Assembly: GCA_050258575.1 (NCBI GenBank)
Contig: JBLMYZ010000047.1
Location: 1 to 47,121 of the forward strand
Direction of reading: 5' to 3'
Length of the DNA: 47,121 nucleotides
DNA from: Acidobacteriota bacterium
Lineage (GTDB): Bacteria > Patescibacteriota > Saccharimonadia > Saccharimonadales > Saccharimonadaceae
Made by a program: the position numbers and the translations under genes. Shown here piece by piece: positions 42,861 to 47,121 of this stretch. A model generated the notes under the pieces. The model saw nothing but the letters and a program-made list of their open reading frames with translations, made no database searches and was not told where the DNA came from. Within the stretch, counting starts at the first letter, position 1, and every line of letters starts with the position of its first letter.

Positions 42861-43619
42861 ATGGGAACGTTGGGTGTTCGGCTTCGTTACTGGCTGCTAG
42901 GTATAGTTGTGTTGGGTTGTGCTAGCGGCGCTGTAGTATATCTGCTGCTCAACAAACAGCCGCCAGCTGTTGAAGCACCTGCATCGTCACCGGGTATCAC
43001 ATTGCCTGGCGCCGCCCCCATCACTCCGCTCGGCAACATACAAGACGACGCCAGCCTCTGGAAAATCGTTAACAAACACACGCCTTTTACCGACAGTCAG
43101 TATGCCCCAAACGACCTCGAAACTGTCGGCGTCGCCGTCCGCACTGACGTACCCGCCGAAGAACACTCGCTGCGCCGCGGCGTTATGCCGTCACTCGAAC
43201 AGCTTTTTCAAGCCCTAGCAGCACAAGGCTTTGACGCTGTTGTTGCCAGTGGGTATCGCTCGTACGACCTACAGACCAAGTACTACACTACTTATGTTGC
43301 ACTCCACGGCCAAACTGAGGCCGACAAATTCAGCGCCGCGCCTGGTACAAGCGAACATCAGTCCGGTCTCGCTTTTGATATTGCAAACGCGGACAGCAGC
43401 TGCTATCTCGCAGCCTGTTTCGGCGACACTGCGCTCGGCAAATGGCTCGCCGCACACGCTCATAACTACGGGTTTGTCCTGCGATATCCAAAAGACAAAA
43501 CGAACGTAACCGGCTATACCTACGAGCCGTGGCATTTTCGCTATGTTGGCAGTGATCTCGCCAACGCCTTGTTTACCTCCGGCCTCACGCTCGAAGAAGC
43601 CGCGCCGTATCTACGCTAA
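42861..43619 (+). CDS. D-alanyl-D-alanine carboxypeptidase, M15B (VanY-like), membrane-anchored
   Basis: SGYRSY..Q, PGTSEHQSGLAFDI, GFVLRYP.DK...TGY.YEPWHFRYVG. The start was chosen at 42861 on promoter geometry; the ORF-track start is 42843. Confidence 0.88.
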   Translation: MGTLGVRLRYWLLGIVVLGCASGAVVYLLLNKQPPAVEAPASSPGITLPGAAPITPLGNIQDDASLWKIVNKHTPFTDSQYAPNDLETVGVAVRTDVPAEEHSLRRGVMPSLEQLFQALAAQGFDAVVASGYRSYDLQTKYYTTYVALHGQTEADKFSAAPGTSEHQSGLAFDIANADSSCYLAACFGDTALGKWLAAHAHNYGFVLRYPKDKTNVTGYTYEPWHFRYVGSDLANALFTSGLTLEEAAPYLR

Positions 43620-44803
43620 TTTACTACCTTCACCTCATCACCAAGCGTGTCGCGCACAAACTGTTGCCGGTCTTTAACAGTTATGTTAAATGCCGCCAAG
43701 CGTTCGCCAGCTTGGTCGAGTGGATACAGTGCCAAATGTGTTCGTGTCGACAAACGTCCGGCTTGCCGGTCAGCAACCGGCCAATCATACGCCATAAACG
43801 TCGGTTGAAACATCACGTCGCTCACCGTAACGTCAGTGCCGTTTTTAGTCACGGTAAACTCAGCAACACCGCCCGTCAGCTGGTTAACTTCTAGCTGGCT
43901 CGACAAAAAGTTCCCGAGCGAATACCAGACCAACGTCTTGCCGCCGTCTGGCCGTGCAAGCCGCTCAACCGTTTGCAACACGTGCGGACCAGTGCCTATC
44001 ACGACATCTGCTCCGAGCGACGCAAACAGTGCCGCGGCCGCTCGCTGGTCATCGTTGACGGTCGTTGAGTCCTCCGTCCCCCAGTGGGCCGAAACAACGA
44101 CGACGTCGGCATTTTTACGCGCCTCGCCCAGTAGTGACGTGACGAGTTCATGATTATGGTACGTATTGAGACCGTAGCTTGTTACCGACTGGTTGTTACT
44201 AAAGTCAGCAAACGCCACAAACGCTACTTTGAGAGCATTTTTCGTAAAATACGCCACTGTGTTCTGCTCGTCAACCGAACGATTTGCCCCGCTCACCGCC
44301 AAGATACGTTGCCGCTGCCAAACATCGAGCGTGGCGTCGAGCGCTGGCTGACCTTTGTCAGCAATATGGTTCGTTGCGAGATTGATGAGGTTGCAACCCT
44401 CTTTGTTGAGGTCGCGAGCAAACTCTGTCGGAGCGTTAAATGTCGGATAGCCAGACACGCCGTATGCTTCTCCGGCCGCCGCTGTTTCCGGGTTACAAAA
44501 CACAACATCTTCCTGTTGGTACATATGCCTAACACGGGCAAAATAGGTCGTAAAATCATACCCGCTGTCAGTTTTCGCGTTCGCCACAACCGAATCATGC
44601 GCCAGCATGTCGCCCATTGCAGCAAAATGCAGCGACTGCGACTGAGTGTGCGTCGCAAATGATTGTTCGTTGGACGGTGTCTGCTGTACTGGACTGCGGT
44701 CCAACCACCACGTGGCCGCGACAACAACAGCGACAAGGGCAAGCACTCCCGCGCCAACCACGAACTGCCGTTTTGAGTATGTTTTTCGACCTGGAAGTTT
44801 CAT
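43616..44803 (-). CDS. capA: CapA-family (PGA_cap) metallophosphatase-fold protein, membrane-anchored
   Basis: FAAMGDMLAHDSV, NLATNHIADKG, VVSAHWGTEDS, GTGPHVLQ. Confidence 0.85.
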   Translation of the reverse strand: MKLPGRKTYSKRQFVVGAGVLALVAVVVAATWWLDRSPVQQTPSNEQSFATHTQSQSLHFAAMGDMLAHDSVVANAKTDSGYDFTTYFARVRHMYQQEDVVFCNPETAAAGEAYGVSGYPTFNAPTEFARDLNKEGCNLINLATNHIADKGQPALDATLDVWQRQRILAVSGANRSVDEQNTVAYFTKNALKVAFVAFADFSNNQSVTSYGLNTYHNHELVTSLLGEARKNADVVVVSAHWGTEDSTTVNDDQRAAAALFASLGADVVIGTGPHVLQTVERLARPDGGKTLVWYSLGNFLSSQLEVNQLTGGVAEFTVTKNGTDVTVSDVMFQPTFMAYDWPVADRQAGRLSTRTHLALYPLDQAGERLAAFNITVKDRQQFVRDTLGDEVKVVN

Positions 44804-44809
44804 AGCGCC

Positions 44810-44818
44810 AGTATAGCA
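44810..44818 (-). promoter_or_regulatory. Extended -10 (TGcTATACT) 6 nt upstream of the capA ATG
   Basis: Minus strand: TGC TATACT ggcgct ATG. It overlaps the T-tract of the rplO terminator. Confidence 0.5.
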
Positions 44819-44844
44819 AAAAGCACCCTCGCTGGGTGCTTTTT
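44818..44844 (-). terminator. Intrinsic terminator after rplO
   Basis: Minus strand: AAAAAGCACCC-agcga-GGGTGCTTTTT. Confidence 0.8.
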
Positions 44845-44863
44845 AACCGTTGGTGCGTCAACG

Positions 44864-45379
44864 TTATGCGGCTTTTTCAGCCTTTTTTGCTTTTTTTTCG
44901 TCACGTTTTGCCGCCCGTTCCTTGTTCGCTGCAGGCAACTCCGGAACGTCTACTGGTTCAAACGAACCGCCGGCTTTTTTCAGCATTTCAACCGCTCCGG
45001 CGCTTGCAGCTTGCAAACGAACCGTCGCTTTATCGTTATAGTCACCGCGCGCGATCAGTTTCACCGTGTGGTATGGTGTCGCAATAAGCCCAGCTTCAAA
45101 CAAACTCATATTATCAACTGTTGTGCCTTTGACATCATTTAGCTGAGCGGTGTACACCGTCTGCGCTTTGACGCGCAAACTACGGAAGCCGCGTTTTTTT
45201 GGCACGCGCTGGACGAGCTTACCCTGGCCGCCCATAAACGTCGAACCAAATTTGCTGCCAGTGCGCGCACCTTGCCCTTTCGTCCCACGCCCGGCGGTTT
45301 TACCTTGTCCAGCCGAGATACCGCGGCCGACACGTTTCTTATTCTTGTTTGCAGAGATGTTCAACTCGTTGTATTTCAT
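44864..45379 (-). CDS. rplO: 50S ribosomal protein L15 with a Lys/Ala-rich C-terminal extension
   Basis: KKRVGRGISAGQGKTAGRGTKGQ.AR.G. Confidence 0.96.
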   Translation of the reverse strand: MKYNELNISANKNKKRVGRGISAGQGKTAGRGTKGQGARTGSKFGSTFMGGQGKLVQRVPKKRGFRSLRVKAQTVYTAQLNDVKGTTVDNMSLFEAGLIATPYHTVKLIARGDYNDKATVRLQAASAGAVEMLKKAGGSFEPVDVPELPAANKERAAKRDEKKAKKAEKAA

Positions 45380-45994
45380 TTACTTATCTCCTTTCTTTGC
45401 GGCTTTCTTTGCCGTTTCCTTCTGACTTGTCACCCACTCGCTTTTTGGCACGAGCTGACGCAACGCTTCAATCGTCGCATAGGCGATGTTTACCTTGTTC
45501 GCTGAACCAAGTGATTTGCTCATAAGGTTCGTAATACCCGTCACGCTCACAACCGAACGCACCACGCCACCGGCGATAATACCGGTACCCGGCGCCGCGC
45601 GTTTCAGTAGCACACGCGCACCGTCAACTTTGACTTCGATATCGTGTGGAATAGTCGTGTTAACAATCGGGATAGTGATGAGGCTCTTTTTCGCGACATC
45701 GGTTGCTTTTTGCACTGCGACTTGCACGTCAGCACCTTTGGCAACACCGACACCAACCTTGTTTTTGCGGTCACCAACAACAACCAGCGCCTTAAAGCGG
45801 AAGCGTCGACCGCCTTTCACGACACGAGCCACGCGGTCAATCGCAATAACGTTCTCTTCGTACATTTTCTCTTCTTTTGGCGCCTCGCGTCGGTCGTTCC
45901 GGCGCGGACGGCGCTCGCCGCCATCATTGCGACCACCTGTGCGCGGCGCACCTTGCGGTTTGACTTGTGACGTTGTTTTCTGATCTTCAGCCAT
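45380..45994 (-). CDS. rpsE: 30S ribosomal protein S5 (Arg-rich N-terminal extension)
   Basis: V..I.RV.RVVKGGRRF.F.ALVVVGD....VG.G.GKA..V..A..KA. The start was set at the ATG at 45994. Its stop abuts the rplO start, so there is no rpmD between them. Confidence 0.96.
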   Translation of the reverse strand: MAEDQKTTSQVKPQGAPRTGGRNDGGERRPRRNDRREAPKEEKMYEENVIAIDRVARVVKGGRRFRFKALVVVGDRKNKVGVGVAKGADVQVAVQKATDVAKKSLITIPIVNTTIPHDIEVKVDGARVLLKRAAPGTGIIAGGVVRSVVSVTGITNLMSKSLGSANKVNIAYATIEALRQLVPKSEWVTSQKETAKKAAKKGDK

Positions 45995-45995
45995 A

Positions 45996-46352
45996 TTAGA
46001 ACTCCAGTCCTTCCTCGCGTGCTGCGTTAGCGAACGCTTGCAAGCGTCCGGCGTACTGTCGACCGTTCCGATCAAATACCACAGTTGAAATCTTGGCCTT
46101 TTTCGCTTTCACAGCGACCGCTTTGCCAACTTCGGCAGCTTTTTCAGTCATCGTTCCGGTCAATTTTTTGTCACCAACCGTTGTGGCAGCAACCAGCGTT
46201 TTTCGAGCAGTATCATCAATAATTTGCGCTGACACGTGCATATTTGAGATCGTGACTGTTAAACGTGGTCGTTCAGCAGTCCCTGACACCTTGGCGCGAA
46301 CACGGCCTTTGCGCAGGGAGCGGCCAAGTAGTTTTTTCGCTAGATCATTCAT
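45996..46352 (-). CDS. rplR: 50S ribosomal protein L18
   Basis: R.R.RAK.SGTAERPRL.V..SN.H..AQ.IDD... VVFDR.G..Y.GR..A.A.AARE.GL.F. Confidence 0.97.
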   Translation of the reverse strand: MNDLAKKLLGRSLRKGRVRAKVSGTAERPRLTVTISNMHVSAQIIDDTARKTLVAATTVGDKKLTGTMTEKAAEVGKAVAVKAKKAKISTVVFDRNGRQYAGRLQAFANAAREEGLEF

Positions 46353-46355
46353 GGC

Positions 46356-46895
46356 TTATTTCCCCGTCTTTCCTGCTTTGCGAAGGATTACTTCGTCAGC
46401 ATATTTAATACCTTTGCCCTTGTACGGCTCTGGCTTCTTTAACGCGCGAATCTCGGCAGCGACCTGACCAACTTGTTGTTTGTTGATCCCGCTGACGGTG
46501 ATTTCCATCTTATTTACAGTGATATTCACCCCTTCTGGTGCTGTGAATTTCACCGGGTGTGAAAACCCAAGCGCCATTTCGAGATTCTGACCGCCGCCGT
46601 TAACACGAAAACCGACGCCGTTAACTTCAAGCTTCTTTTCAAAGCCCTGGGTAACACCCACGACCATATTGTTGATCAACGCGCGCATCAGACCATGCTG
46701 GGCGCGAGCTTCTTTTGATTCATCTTTGGGGTGAACCGTCAGAGTACCGTCTTCGACTTTCACATCGACAGCTGGTGTGATGAATTGTGTCAGTTCGCCT
46801 TTCGGGCCAACGACTTTCACGTCACCAGAGTCAACCGTGATTGTCACACCTGACGGAATCTCGATTGGTAGTTTTCCGATTCGACTCAGACTCAT
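46356..46895 (-). CDS. rplF: 50S ribosomal protein L6
   Basis: MSLSRIGK.PI.IP.GV...... V.V.GPKG.L, GF.K.LE..GVG.R, PEPYKGKGI.Y. Confidence 0.98.
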   Translation of the reverse strand: MSLSRIGKLPIEIPSGVTITVDSGDVKVVGPKGELTQFITPAVDVKVEDGTLTVHPKDESKEARAQHGLMRALINNMVVGVTQGFEKKLEVNGVGFRVNGGGQNLEMALGFSHPVKFTAPEGVNITVNKMEITVSGINKQQVGQVAAEIRALKKPEPYKGKGIKYADEVILRKAGKTGK

Positions 46896-46903
46896 ATGAG
46901 TTG

Positions 46904-47035
46904 GAATATAGAATTTGGATTATAGATTATGGAGTGATAACCTTTTGTCCGTTTCTATACTCATCTCCTTTCTTATATTATTGTTCTTTCGTGATAGATT
47001 ATTTGTGATCATTCCATAATCTATCATCTATATTC
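46904..47035. repeat. AT-rich palindromic insert in the rpsH-rplF spacer (terminal inverted repeats of ~28-35 bp)
   Basis: GAATATAGAatttggATtATAGATTATGGAgTGAT (46904-46938) pairs with ATCAtTCCATAATCTATcaTCTATATTC (47008-47035). The motif ATAGATTAT occurs three times: 46922-46930, 46994-47002, and inverted at 47016-47024. Confidence 0.85.
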
Positions 47036-47037
47036 TT

Positions 47038-47121
47038 CTAGTAAACCTTACAAATTAGCTCGCCGCCGAGGCGTTGTTTGACAGCTTCGACACCAGTCAT
47101 CACGCCTTTTGAGGTGCTGAC
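47038..47121 (-). CDS. rpsH: 30S ribosomal protein S8, C-terminal end (gene continues beyond the window)
   Basis: The minus-strand translation ...VSTSKGVMTGVEAVKQRLGGELICKVY* matches the conserved S8 C-terminus. Confidence 0.9.
   Translation of the reverse strand, partial: VSTSKGVMTGVEAVKQRLGGELICKVY

Overview
Gene-dense 47.1-kb window with moderate G+C, and almost every gene is on the minus strand. The backbone is a translation/transcription supercluster. Read along the minus strand it runs rpsH'-rplF-rplR-rpsE-rplO | secY | infA-rpmJ-rpsM-rpsK-rpsD-rpoA-rplQ-rplM-rpsI | tig | clpP | rpoB-rpoC | rpsL-rpsG | fusA | tuf | ldh | rpsJ. It then continues with trpS-rluD-holB, a TPR protein, tgt and a few metabolic or cell-wall genes. 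There is no rRNA and no CRISPR array. Three tRNAs are present: Thr-GGU, Thr-UGU and Tyr-GUA. Several features fit a reduced Patescibacteria/CPR genome, plausibly Saccharibacteria: no L30 gene between rpsE and rplO, a Cys-less L36, compact genes, and secreted wall hydrolases plus a giant surface protein. That assignment is inference only, since no search was possible. The conserved operons are broken by accessory inserts, and these are the interesting part. (1) At the left edge, a large serine recombinase reads into tRNA-Thr, and its 3' end is duplicated in inverted orientation. (2) Next to tRNA-Tyr sits an AT-rich, decayed Type IIS-like restriction-modification remnant. (3) A NOX-like haem/FAD reductase, ApbE, an exported FMN-binding protein and membrane proteins are wedged between fusA and tuf. 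(4) A 1018-aa beta-propeller surface protein with a consensus promoter lies between tig and clpP. (5) capA and a vanY-like carboxypeptidase lie between rplO and secY. (6) Unusual repeat or palindromic spacers occur at clpP-rpoB and rpsH-rplF. A recurrent promoter geometry, a -10 box ending 6-8 nt before the ATG with no Shine-Dalgarno, suggests many leaderless mRNAs. All promoter, terminator and function calls come from reading the sequence and recognising motifs. None has been checked against a database.
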